In this document: positions 25,411 through 39,958 of the stretch, piece by piece
Layout of the letters: each line of letters starts with the position of its first letter
Numbering within the stretch: position 1 is the stretch's first letter
DNA from: Octopus sinensis
Lineage: Eukaryota
Assembly (NCBI RefSeq): GCF_006345805.1
Contig: NC_043023.1
Coordinates: 12,090,001-12,154,000, forward strand
Length of the DNA: 64,000 bases
Direction of reading: 5' to 3'
Notes under the pieces: generated by a model
The model's database searches: none
What the model was told of the DNA's origin: nothing
What the model saw: only the letters and a program-made list of their open reading frames with translations
Position numbers and translations under genes: made by a program

Positions 25411-27204
25411 TTTTTGTTTGTAAAATAAAAAAAATATATATATAGACTAGCAGTATCGCCCGGCGTTGCTCGGGTTTGTAAGGGAAATACTATAAAGCAT
25501 TTTTAGCGAAAATATTGAAAAATATTGAAAATAGCAAAAAAATTGAATTCTCGACCCCATGTCGAATTTATCGATTTTTTTCAGAACTGGGGGGAACTTT
25601 TCAAAATTTTCGCTGCGTTAGTTTTGAATTATGACATTGGGCTATGTGTGTGTCAAGTTTCATCATCAGAATCGGTTGAAAGCCGTGGTCAGGGTGAGGG
25701 TACAACCTGACAGACACAGAAAAACTGCCGTTTATATATAGAGATTTTAGAGAGTTACTTCCCTTATGCCAACAATGCGTTTAAATGGTGAAAATTGATG
25801 GTAAATTTTTCTTTAAATCGTAGGCAATTTTCCGAGCCCCCTCCATCCCCCCCCCCCCCCCGTTTGTCAGCCTGCTTATTTTTCGTCATATTCCTTCAAT
25901 ATACATGCCTTACAAACCTCTTACACATACTTTTTTCCATTTTTGCCACCTGGGCGTGGAATCTCTCTACGGTTGATCCTGGGAATTTTCCGACCCCCCA
26001 CCCCACCCCCGTTTCGTCAGCGCCTTTTTTTACGTCTTATTCCGTCAATATACGATGCCTTACAACTGTTAACCACATTTTAGATTCCAGGTTGATCCTG
26101 GGATTTTCCGACCCCCACCCCACTCCCCCCCCCCCCTTTCGACCCCCCTCCCCCACCCCGTGTCTCTTCAGCGCCCTTTTTTCCGTCTTATTACGTCAAT
26201 ATACGATGCCTTACAACTGTTACACATTTGCGTTTCCATTTTTTCCACCACCTGGTGGATCTAGATATTAACCGTTTTTTTCTAATGGAATCTCCTATGA
26301 CTATATTTTAGAGGATGACAGTTATAATACCTTTTCAACGGTGTAGTTTGTGATTATATCAGAATTGTTGTGGAAACCATTGTTCTGAGCCAGTTTAATG
26401 AAGGAGAGTTTTCACACATATTCAAAGCCTCAGTTTTGTTTCCTCAATCACCAACATCGGATTTCAAGCAGTGAGTGAGGGTTGGGCGGAAAAACACACA
26501 CATTGATATATATGTGTATATGTAGACAGGATCGGCTTTTTTTCAAATTCCCTTTACCAAATCCACTCACAAGACTTTGGTCAGCCCAAGCGTGTAGCAG
26601 AAACGTGTGCTCAATTGTCACGTACTGGGACTGTACCTAGAACTATGTTTGAGAAACGAGCTTCATACAACAAAACCTGCTAATGGTTTTAAACTACACT
26701 CAATGTCATTGTTACACTGTCTCTTGTTAATTATTGAGCATCCTAAATTTTTGAGGTTATTGTGCTTGCTGTGTAAAATTATAGATGTGTGCATGTGTAT
26801 CTCTCTTTCTCTCTCTCCCTTTCTGAATATGTATTATGTATATGTATACATGCTCCAGCATGGTCGCAGTCAAATGACAGAAACAAGTAAAAGAACATAT
26901 CGTCATCATCTTCCTTGTTGTCATTGTTTAATGTCTGCAGAGAAGCAGAAATGTGCAGGGCTGGGTCAGGCTGCAATGTCATCTTTACAATGGTTTCTAC
27001 TGCTAGATGCCCTTCCTAATGCCAACCACAGAATGTACTGGGTGCTTTTTATGTGCCGCCAGCATCAGTCAAGATGCTGGGAGCAGGTGTGCTTATGAGG
27101 TAAAAAGTTTGCTACCCAACCCATTCTTGCAGTTTGGGTAAGTAAGTGTCTCCCATGATGGCCTTGGGTCAACTAAAACCTTGTGAGTGGATGTGGTGAT
27201 GGAA

Positions 27205-27493
<289 letters not shown>

Positions 27494-28434
27494 CCGGTAT
27501 CAGTATTAAAATTTATTTACACCATGACAACAATTATGAATATTTTGTCTGCTAAAGTCAGGGTCCTTCCTCTCAAGCTTGACATTATCAACTTCAGTTT
27601 CTTGGATGTCAACATGAAATTCATGAATCACAACTTCAATATCATTTATATATCTAAATATATCAACACAGAGATGACTTTGGTTCTGAAGAGGATTGTG
27701 CTGGATTTTGAGGAATTTGTTATGAGGGAATAAGAAATAAAGTTTTAAAGTGACATTGATTTGTTCTTTTTTGTGTGTTTCATCATCATTCTTCATCATA
27801 CTTTACCATCAATTTTTTTGCAGGCTTGGGTGGGAACGTGTGACAGGTGATGAGAGTTGTTAAATCCATATATACTTCCTTGGTTATTCTTCTGCCAATA
27901 ATCCATGTATTCATAAGTAAAATCCATTGTATATCTGTATTCCAAATATAATCTATATTGAGTTAGAAATGTGAAATTTGGTGCCTTATAATTTAATATT
28001 GGTGTAAGGCTTAGCACTGAAATAGTCAAAAACTATGGAAAGGTTGCAAGACGCAACAAAATTTTAGAAAAGAAAAAAAAGTAAATAAGTGGAAATTTTA
28101 CTGGTGAGTGTGTTACATTATCAGGCACCAAAAGAGAATGACTCCCCTGACAACAGAATATGGTTCAACACACAAACTCGCATAAAGAATTTGGCAAACC
28201 AAAACCCAATATATATATATTATATATTTTTATACATATACTGGAGTAAACACATAAATGTGAAACAAGGTGGAAAAGGAGTACTCAAATATGAGAGGTA
28301 GAGTAATATGCTTTATTTAAAAGCAGCAGAATTTAACAAAAGCTGTTACTCAGAGTAATATATATATATATTGGTAACAACGGTAAGATAAAAAAGAAAG
28401 AAAGAGACCTCAATATTATGTAAATAGAGGAATT

Positions 28435-28679
28435 TATCTGTAAAATAATATGTGACAATTATTCAATAGCCAAGATAAAACTCTGAGTTTCAGATGCCGA
28501 AGTGGAAATCCACACCACCATCTCTTCGGTTATCTGGCCATCTGAAAAACGCTAAACATAGCGTTTCTCAAACGGCCACATAACCGAAGAGATGGTGTTG
28601 TGGATTTCCACTTCGGCATCTGAAACTCAGAGTTTTATCTTTGCTACCGAATAATTGTCACATATTACATTTACAGATA
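28435..28679. repeat. 245-bp hairpin (about 119-bp arms, 6-nt loop); also 38467-38711 and 50142-50386
   Basis: TATCTGTAAA...AAACGCT-AAACAT-AGCGTTT...TTTACAGATA. The arms are about 92% complementary by hand alignment. Confidence 0.95.
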
Positions 28680-28962
28680 TATATATATATGTATATTACC
28701 TCAACATCCAAGCATCCTCATTCTACATTGAGAGATGGACGCTTCATTTTTGTGCTGGTGCCACATTATGTCGTACGCGAATGAGAGGATTTGCATCCCC
28801 AACGTAGAATTTTGATGTAATACATGTCCTTGAGGTAGTAATTGTGCGCGGCTGAAGAAGGCCATAGACACACATTATGCATTGTTATAAATCCGTCTAA
28901 TAAAGGCCCGAAACATATGTACCACCGCTGAATCCTTCGCATCATGTTTTTATTTTGATTAA

Positions 28963-29584
<622 letters not shown>

Positions 29585-29890
29585 CTGTATCAATATCAAA
29601 ATTTATTGAAACATGACAACAATTATGAATATTTTGTCTGCTAAAAGACAGGGTTTATTCCTCTTCAAGCTTGACATTATCGACTTCAGTTTCTTGGATG
29701 TCAACATGAAATTCATGAATCACAACTTCAATATCACTTATATATCTAAATATATCAACACAGAGATGACTTTGGTTTCTGGAGAGGATTGTGCTGGATT
29801 TTTGAGGAATTTTATTATGAGAGAATAAAGGAATGGGAATAAGGAATAAAAGTTTTGAGTGACATTGATTTTGTCTTTGTTGTGTTTTCG

Positions 29891-29927
<37 letters not shown>

Positions 29928-32059
29928 TTAACGTTTTCTATCCAGGATCAGGTGGGAAAGTGTTACAAGAGCTGTCAAGCCAGAGTACTGCTCCAGATTT
30001 GGCTGTATGCCCTTAAGATACATGGTGTGTTTTATAAATGTCCCTCTGCAAGTATCATGCTAACATGAAACCAGTAGTAGCTCTTTTGGTTTTGGATTTA
30101 ATTTCATGTGTGTGTGTGTGAACATGATGTCAGTCTAATTACAAAAATAGGTGTACACAAATCTTGTTTACAAATCTTCTAGAGGGAAAGAAAAAAAAAA
30201 AATTGAAACTTTTCACAATTGCCGTTTACACTCCATATGCTAAAAAAATTGCAAGATAAGATATCCGATGTGAAAATCTTAGAAAAGTGTAATATGTCCA
30301 GCATCCAAAGCATCATCATCATCATCGTTTAGTGTCCACTTTCCATGCTAGCATGGGTTGTACGGTTCAATTTGGGTCTGGGAAGCCTGAAGGCTGCACC
30401 AGGCCCAGTCTGATCTGGCAATGTTTCTACAGCTGGATACTTTTCCTAACGCCAACCACTCCGTGTGTGTAGTGGGTGCTTTTTACGTGCCACCGGCACG
30501 AGACCAGTAGGGCCGGCGCTGGCAACAGCCACGTTCGGATGGTTCTCTTACGTGCCACCGGCACTGGTATCACAGCTGCAATTTCCATTGATGTTGGTCG
30601 ATTTCGATTCTCATATTGCCTCAACAGGTCTTCACAAGTAGAGTTTTGCGTCCCAAGAAGGAAAGGTATGCATAAGTGGGCTGGCTACATCCCATGTAGA
30701 GGCCACGAGTTATGGTGTCACTTGTATACTGATGAGAATTCAGTGCAGATGGTTAGGACATGTTTTCGAAATGGAAAATGACTGCATTACAAAAATTCTT
30801 CAGTGTGTCCAACAAATAGAGGGATATCATGACAGCCTGGCCTTAGGTATAAGGATAAGCTGAAGCAATAAATAAGCTCTCTAGAGCTTGATTTGACATG
30901 TTGGGAAAGTCATTGCCTAGATCCATTTGCATGGCATAAAAATCTTGGTCCTAATCACCTGATTTAAGTGTATTTACACCACTTCTGCATTTTCAACCGA
31001 TCACTGACGTCCATTGAGGTAAAAAAACATTCTGTGCCGTATGAATATGTCCTCGTTTAAGAAACAGATTGGGTTTATTTACACTTGCGAAGAAAAAAAG
31101 ATACCCTTCCCCCACCACTAACCCTAACTAAGGATCTTTTCGGTTTGAAAGGCAGTTTTTTAAAATAATTTCCACGTAACTAAACACTTTTAAACTTCGT
31201 ATACTGGTAGAATCTGTTTATAAAACATCTTTTTCTCTTGGATTTATTGAGAAAATGCTATAGTTTGTAACATATTTCAAGCATTTTGGCAATTTTAACC
31301 AATTGCTGACCTCCATTGACGTAAACAACATTCTGTGCCGTATGAATATGTCCCTCGTTTAAGAAACAGATTGGGTTTATTTACATTTGCGAAGAAAAAA
31401 AAGATACCCTTCCCCCACCCCTAACCCTAAAACAGATTGAAATGCAATAGATCGATACTAGGGTTATAATTATGGGTGACAATTTCATGGAAGCTATACT
31501 AGGTGCACAACACAGTGGGAAATGGAGTGACAGCGATCAACTCCGACGTCTGGCAGCTGACTTTGGCAGACACCCATAAAATTATTAACATCTTACAAAC
31601 AATAACTCTGAGCACCTTTTCAAACTCCATCTGTCTAACACCCATGGACATGTTTACAAAGTCAGAAAACAGCACAGCTCCCATGACTTTAGGAAACATT
31701 TTTTCACGCTAAGAGTTGCTGAAGCATGGAACAAACTTCAAGCATCAGTTGTTAGTTGTCGGAGCACTGCATCCTTCAAAACTTCCATGCTTCCTGAGAT
31801 TGCCAACACTACACCTGATCTTTCTCCCCTCCATACACACGCAAGCATGTATCTGACTCATACACTGTTCGCTTTCCAGACATTTGTACATTACTGTATA
31901 TGCTTTATATGCACTCTTGACAAGTTGTGGTGCGACTGAACACTGGATACAACAATTTCATTATTATTATTACAAACCGAAAAGATCCGTTGAATTCGTT
32001 CGGGTCTTTTTCTTCGTCGCATTCAGTCAACAACTTCACTTCCAAATTTCCACCAGATT

Positions 32060-32200
32060 ATTATAACAAAGTCTACTCACATATTCTATCCTACGACCGT
32101 TTCCAGCTCATGACTTCACCGCAAATACCTTAAGAAATAATCCGTCTTGTGGGCGTGGCATCGGGACGTGACGTCATGCCGTCGCTCTTCCGGTTCCCTC
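32060..32200 (-). promoter_or_regulatory. Duplicated ETS/CRE/GC-box promoter and exon-1 donor, with no same-strand ZNF downstream (also about 22120-22250 and 42090-42230)
   Basis: TGACGTCA at 32169-32176, GGGCGTGGC at 32151, CTTCCGG, and ACTCAC (donor GTGAGT on the minus strand) are all retained. Confidence 0.55.
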
Positions 32201-34633
32201 CCCCACAGCATTTCCTCTCTTTTCCAATTATTGTCCCTCCTCTCCACTTGATCCCAATCTAATTAATACTGCTTCTCTAATCCGCTCATAATCGCCCATT
32301 CTGTTGGGTGTGATGTTCATTCACATTGCTAGCTGGTCTACTATACTGGATGGATCTTTTCTGTTTGAAAATAATTTCCACGCAGGAGTGGCTGTGTGGT
32401 AAGTAGCTTGCTAACCAACCACATGGTTCCGGGTTCAGTCCCACTGCGTGGCACCTTGCGCAAGTGTCTTCTACTATAGCCTGGTGAATGGATTTGGCAG
32501 ACGGAAACTGAAAGAAGCCCATTGTATGTATATATATATATATATATAGTGAATCCAAAGAAGAAAAAAAAGCACGTCAACGTGAGGACGTGGAACAAAT
32601 ATAGTATTGTTGGACGCTCAGGAAGGAAGGAAGAAGGAGGGTTTAACATTTCGAGCAGAGCTCTTTGTCGGAAACATAGAAGGAAAGATCCAGAGAAGGG
32701 AAGACAGAAGAAAAAAAATCGCCAACGGTACACACGCGGTCACATTTTGAAAGCATGTATGTATGTATGTATGTAGGAGTAGGTGTGTGGTAAGTAGCTT
32801 GCTAACCAACCACACGGTTCCGGGTTCAGTCCCACTGCGTGGCACCTCGGGAAAGTGCCTGCTACTATAGCCTCGGGCCGATCAAAGCCTTGTGGGTGGA
32901 TTTGGTAGACGGAAACTGAAAGAAGCCCTTCGTATATATATTTATATATGTGTGTGTGTGTGTTTGTCCCCATAGCATTGCTTGACAACCGATGCTGGTG
33001 TATTTATGTCCCCGTTACTTAGCGGTTCGGCAAAATGGACCGATAGAATAAGTACTGGGCTTACAAAAAATAAGCCCTGGTGTCGATTTGCTTCACTAAA
33101 AGGCGGTGCTCCAGCATGGCCGCAGTCAAATGACTGAAACAAGTAAAAGAAATAAAGAAAGAGAGAGTAACTAAACACTTAATTAAAAAAAACTGCCGTT
33201 CAAACCGAAAAGATCCGTACCTAGTAGAGTTTTATAGCAGAATATATGAGTACATTTTATTAAAATAATCTAATGAAATTTGAAGAAATTGGGATTAAGA
33301 AAAAAACTGGAACGAAACCAAGCAGTCAGTAGAGCCATCTATTGGAGAATTGAAGGAATACAACTTTACAAAGGGAAATAACTTCGACTCCACTTTGCCG
33401 CCACCAATTATATTATTAATTAAGGTGCTTAATTACTGATCGTTGACTCGCTGTTTATGTCTGAATACGGTAAGTTGACAAAAATATACTTTAAGGCTGT
33501 AACGGTGATAATAATGCTAATAATGATAATGTAAAGAATAGAATTATGTAACTCTCTCGATATTACAGTAATTATTTTTCGAAGCGGGAACCTGACAACA
33601 ATTAGGAAAATATAATTTGCTCGTCTTAATTAATAACTTCCAAACTGAAATGTTGATCTGTTGTTTAGGAAAACCTATGATCGACTTTTATATGTGATAT
33701 AAAGTAAATTAATTGGTAAAATGAAAGTAATGTGTCATTATTGATTAGTAAAAGGTGAGGAGAACGGTTTAAGACTACAACATTAATTAATTCTGTTGTG
33801 TCTGGGGAGAGTCATTCTCTTTTAGTGCCTTATTATTTAACACACTCACCGATAGAATTTCTACTTATTTCTTATTTGTGTTTCCCTAAAATTTTCGTTT
33901 CGTCTTGCAACTTTTTCAATAGTTTTGACTCTGTCCGTGATTTACACTGTGTTCCCTTTTGTTTCTTTGTGCGGTCGATAAATTAAGTACCAGTTACGAA
34001 CTGGGTCGATGTAATCAACTTAATCCGTTTGTCTGTCCTTGTTTGCCCCCTCTGTGTTTAAGCCTCTTGTGGGTAATAAAGAAACAGGTATTTCGTCTGC
34101 CGCTACGCTCTGAGTTCAACTTCCGCCAAGGTCGACTTTGCCTTTCATCCTTTCGGGGTCGATAAATTAAGGACCAGTTACGCACTGGGGTCGATGTAAT
34201 CGACTTAATCCGTTTGTCTGTCCTTGTTTGTCCCCTTGTGGGCAATAAAGAAATAAGAATATATGGACCCCAGTATTTCCAGAAAGGAATGAAAGGCAAG
34301 ATCGACCCCTGCCGTATTTGAACTCAGAACCTTAAATTTGACTTAAATTCTTTTCAGAGTGTATAAATAATAACGACGACGATGATGATGATGATAAGCA
34401 TTTTTACTTAATGCATATGGCCTGTAATTTGGTTGGGAGGTGTAATTCTATTATATGGACCCCTGCTTCTTATTTTATTGAACTCGGAAGTCTGAAAGGC
34501 AAAATGAACCTCGGTGGAATTTGAACTTTTAGAGTAAAATCCGATGAGAGTTACATGTGATAGAAAGTAAATAGATAAAAGATTTCGTAGATTAACAGTA
34601 ATTCAGAATCGTTACATGTTCTTTACACTTAAT

Positions 34634-35235
34634 GGATCTTTTCCTTTTGAACGGCAGTTTTCAACACAATTTCTAGTTAACTAAACACTTTTAAACTTTG
34701 TATACTGGTAGAATGTGTCAAAATAAAACATTTTTTTCTCTTGGCTTTCTTGAGAAAATTGTAATTTGTTTGTCTAACGTAGTTTGATTCTTTGAATTTT
34801 AACCAATCATTTGCTGCGTCTAAAACTGAGACAACATCCTGTAACTAACCCTAACTTTTTTTTCTTAATTGTTTATAGAATTATTTTGATTGTTAATTGT
34901 TTAAATCACTTTCCATTGCTTTAGTTTTTTTACATGCGTAACAATTAAATCAATTTAACAATTAAGAAAAAAAAAATTTAGGGTTAGGGGGGAGGTTTAG
35001 GGTTAGTTACAGGATGTTGTTTCAGTTTTAGATGCAGCAAATGATTTTAGCTCAAAAGAGAGCATAGGATTGGTTAAAATTCGAAAAATTAAACTACGTT
35101 AAACAAACAAATTACAAGTTTCTCAAGAAAGCCAAGAGAAAAAAAATGTTTTCTTTTGACACATTCTACCAGTATACGAAGTTTTAAAATGTTTAGTTGA
35201 CTGGAAATTGTCTGCCATTCAAAAGGAAAAGATCC
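34634..35235. mobile_element. ~600-bp foldback element with ~230-260-bp inverted arms (also 44663-45266)
   Basis: GGATCTTTTCCTTTTGAA...CCCTAAC at the left is mirrored by GTTAGGG...TTCAAAAGGAAAAGATCC at the right. It lies in the predicted intron of the downstream ZNF. Confidence 0.85.
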
Positions 35236-36390
35236 CATTTAATTACTGCACAATAAGAGGAAACTCGCCTAATTAATTCTGATGGAATAATTACAAATCC
35301 GTCTGGGGTAAGTACTTAAATGTACCCCACCGACTTCGTTTCCTCGTCACTTTCTGAAAAATTGGTATTTTTAAATGAAATCTCTAAAAGCAGTACTCCA
35401 GCATGGCCACAGTCCCTGAGTGAAACAGTAGCTGGCATTCTGTGTTTTAGTTCATCCAATTAACTGAAAAGCCTGCTCATGGAATTAACATGCAAATGGC
35501 TGAGTATTCCACAGACATGGGGACCCTTGATATAGTCTTCAGTGAGGCACAGCATGACACGGATGGTGAGAAGACTGGCCCTTTGAATTACAGGTGAAAC
35601 TCATTTTTGACACCTGAGTGGACTGATGCAAAGTGAAATAAAATGGCTTGGAGACTCATTGCACCACTGTGTATCGAACTCACAACTTTACAATTGTGAG
35701 TGAAATACCCTAACCACTAAGCCATGCCACTTCACAGGTGAAACAAGTGAAAGGAGAGAAGAGAAAGAAAACAGATAAATAATTAGAGAAATGTGGAAGC
35801 GATTCATCTATATACAGAATGTTGTAAAAGTTTCAATGCCTCAATGGATTCTGACCCATGCAAACGTAGATATTAAATGGATGACAATTGATGTCGTAAA
35901 ATTGAATTACTCTGTTGTTTAACTATCCATTTTATCTTACTGCCTCTTTTCCTATTTCAGAATAACACATCGTGTCGACATAAAAGAAATTTCTTCATTC
36001 TGATGTGCCTCTGTTTTTATTGACTTCCCTTGACTGAAGGACGTCCACGTATTAACAAGAAACATTCATCAATACATCAGACTCTTAATATAAATTTGAT
36101 CTTCGACAAATGATGGGAAAAAATTTCTGGACATTGTATTTGACAACAACATTGTTTTTCTTCACTGTCTGGAATGTAGAGGAGATTATCAATTAACAGT
36201 TTGATTAACGTTGGATAACTTTACAAAAGATTTGACAGTTTACATTTTAGACATGAAGTAAAATCACAAACGAAACAAACATAAGATTAAATTATTCTCT
36301 GGAAATACAGACACAACTAAACACTAACATCCACAGAATTTGGAAAAACACACTATTATTGTGATATTCATGACAGATTATTCTCTCCTA

Positions 36391-37383
36391 ATGAATAATT
36401 TGACTGAACCAAAAACCCCTGATACAAGAGAGAAGCCATATCATTGTGATATCTGTGGTAAATCATTCTCTCAAAGGGGTTCTTTCACCTGTCACACACG
36501 TATTCATACTGGGGAAAAGCCATATCACTGTGATATCTGTGGTAAATCATTCTCTCAGAGTGGTTCTTTGACTTATCACAAACGTATTCATACTGGGGAG
36601 AAACCACATCACTGTGACATCTGTGGTAAATCATTCTCTCAAAATAGTACTTTAACTACTCACAAATGTATTCACACTGGGGAAAAACCATATCAGTGTG
36701 ATATCTGTGGTAAGTCATTTTCTGAGTCTGGTCTTTTGAAATTACACAAACGTATTCATACAGGAGAGAAGCCATATCACTGTAATATTTGTGGTAGGTC
36801 ATTCTCTCAAAGGAGTGCCTTGACAAATCACACATACACACATACAGTAGATAAGCCATTTCATTGTAATATCTGTGATAAATTTTTCACTACCAATAGT
36901 CACTTAATTCGTCACAAACGCATTCATACTGGGGAAAAACCACATCACTGTCATATCTGTGGTAAATCATTTTCCACAAAAGAAACTTTAGCTCGTCACA
37001 AACGTATTCATACTGGGGAAAAGCCATATCAATGTGATATTTGTGGTAACTCATTTTCTCAAAGTGGTGACTTGCTTAAACACAAACGTACTCATACAGG
37101 AGAGAAGCCATATTATTGTAATATCTGTGGAAGATCATTTTCTGGAAGTAGTGACGTGATTAAACACAAACGTACTCATACAGGCGAGAAGCCATATCAT
37201 TGTAGTATCTGTGGTAAATCATTTTTTGAAAGTAGTAGTTTAAGTAGTCACAAACGTATTCATACAGGAGAGAAGCCATATCGTTGTAATATCTGTGGTA
37301 AATCATTCTCCCGAAATGAGGGCTTGTCTAATCACATACGTACCCATACGGGGAAGAAGCCACATGATTGTGATATCTGGTGA
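36391..37383 (+). CDS. C2H2 ZNF gene 4a, 11 fingers
   Basis: Intact ORF with MNNLTEPK start (in-frame ATG also at 36370). Acceptor at 35960. Confidence 0.9.
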   Translation: MNNLTEPKTPDTREKPYHCDICGKSFSQRGSFTCHTRIHTGEKPYHCDICGKSFSQSGSLTYHKRIHTGEKPHHCDICGKSFSQNSTLTTHKCIHTGEKPYQCDICGKSFSESGLLKLHKRIHTGEKPYHCNICGRSFSQRSALTNHTYTHTVDKPFHCNICDKFFTTNSHLIRHKRIHTGEKPHHCHICGKSFSTKETLARHKRIHTGEKPYQCDICGNSFSQSGDLLKHKRTHTGEKPYYCNICGRSFSGSSDVIKHKRTHTGEKPYHCSICGKSFFESSSLSSHKRIHTGEKPYRCNICGKSFSRNEGLSNHIRTHTGKKPHDCDIW

Positions 37384-39026
37384 ATCATTCTCTAGCAATA
37401 GTAACAAGCCTATTCATACTGGGGGAAAAAACCATATCAGTGTGATATCTGTGGTAAACCATTCTCGGCAAATGGCCTCTTAAGTACACGTGTGAGTATT
37501 CATACACAAGTGTAACCGTATCAGTATTAAAATTTATTACACCATGACAACAATTATGAATATTTTGTCTGCTAAAAGTCAGGGTTCATTCCTCTTCAAG
37601 CTTGACATTATCAACTTCAGTTTCTTGGATGTCAACATGAAATTCATGAATCACAACTTCAATATCATTTATATATCTAAATATATCAACACAGAGATGA
37701 CTTTGGTTTCTGAAGAGGATTGTGCTGGATTTTTGAGGAATTTGTTATGAGGGAATAAGAAATAAAAGTTTTAAGTGACATTGATTTTGTCTTTTTTGTG
37801 TTTTCATCATCATCTTCATCATACTTTACCATCCATTTTTTTTGCAGGCTTGGGTGGGAAAGTGTGACAGGTGATGAGAGTTGTTAAATCCATATATACT
37901 TCCTTGGTTATTCTTCTGCAATAATCCATGATATTCATAAGTAAAATCCATTGTATTATCTTGTATTCCAAATATAATTCATATATTGAGTTTAGAAATG
38001 TGAAATTTGGTGCCTTATAATTTAATATTGGTGTAAAGGCTTAGCACTGAAATAGTCAAAACTATTGGAAAGGTTGCAAGACGCAACAAAAATTTTAGAA
38101 AAAGAAAAAGTAAATAAGTGGAAATTTTACTGGTGAGTGTGTTACATTATCAGGCACCAAAAGAGAATGACTCCCCTGACAACAGAATATGGTTCAACAC
38201 ACAAACTCGCATAAAGAATTTTGCAAACCAAACCCAATATATATATATATATATATTTTTATACATATACTGGAGTAAACACATAAATGTGAAACAAGGT
38301 GGAAAAAGGAGTACTCAAATATGAGAGGTAGAGTAATATGCTTTATTTAAAAGCAGCAGAAATTTAACAAAAGCTGTTACTCAGAGTAATATATATATAT
38401 ATTGGTAAAAACGGTAAGATAACAAAAGAAAGAAAGAGACCTCAATATTATGTAAATAGAGGAATTTATCTGTAAAATAATATGTGACAATTATTCAATA
38501 GCCAAGATAAAACTCTGAGTTTCAGATGCCGAAGTGGAAATCCACACCACCATCTCTTCGGTTATCTGGCCATCTGAAAAACGCTAAACATAGCGTTTCT
38601 CAAACGGCCACATAACCGAAGAGATGGTGTTGTGGATTTCCACTTCGGCATCTGAAACTCAGAGTTTTATCTTTGCTACCGAATAATTGTCACATATTAC
38701 ATTTACAGATATATATATATATGTATATTACCTCAACATCCAAGCATCCTCATTCTACATTGAGAGATGGACGCTTCATTTTTGTGCTGGTGCCACATTA
38801 TGTCGTACGCGAATGAGAGGATTTGCATCCCCAACGTAGAATTTTTGATGTAATACATGTCCTTGAGGTAGTAATTGTGCGCGGCTGAAGAAGGCCATAG
38901 ACACACATTATGCATTGTTATAAATCCGTCTAATAAAGGCCCGAAACATATGTACCGCTGAATCCTTCGCATCATGTTTTTATTTTGATTAATTTACTCC
39001 ACCAAACGGTATATACAGGTGCTTAG

Positions 39027-39612
<586 letters not shown>

Positions 39613-39921
39613 TAACTGTATCAATATCAAAATTTATTGAAACATGACAACAATTATGAATATTTTGTCTGCTAAAAGACAGGGTTTATTCCTCTTCAAG
39701 CTTGACATTATCGACTTCAGTTTCTTGGATGTCAACATGAAATTCATGAATCACAACTTCAATATCACTTATATATCTAAATATATCAACACAGAGATGA
39801 CTTTGGTTTCTGGAGAGGATTGTGCTGGATTTTTGAGGAATTTTATTATGAGAGAATAAAGGAATGGGAATAAGGAATAAAAGTTTTGAGTGACATTGAT
39901 TTTGTCTTTGTTGTGTTTTCG

Positions 39922-39958
<37 letters not shown>

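Noticed and set aside
29655-30068. Poly-Met and poly-His ORFs
   Set aside because: Produced by the (CAT)n microsatellite.
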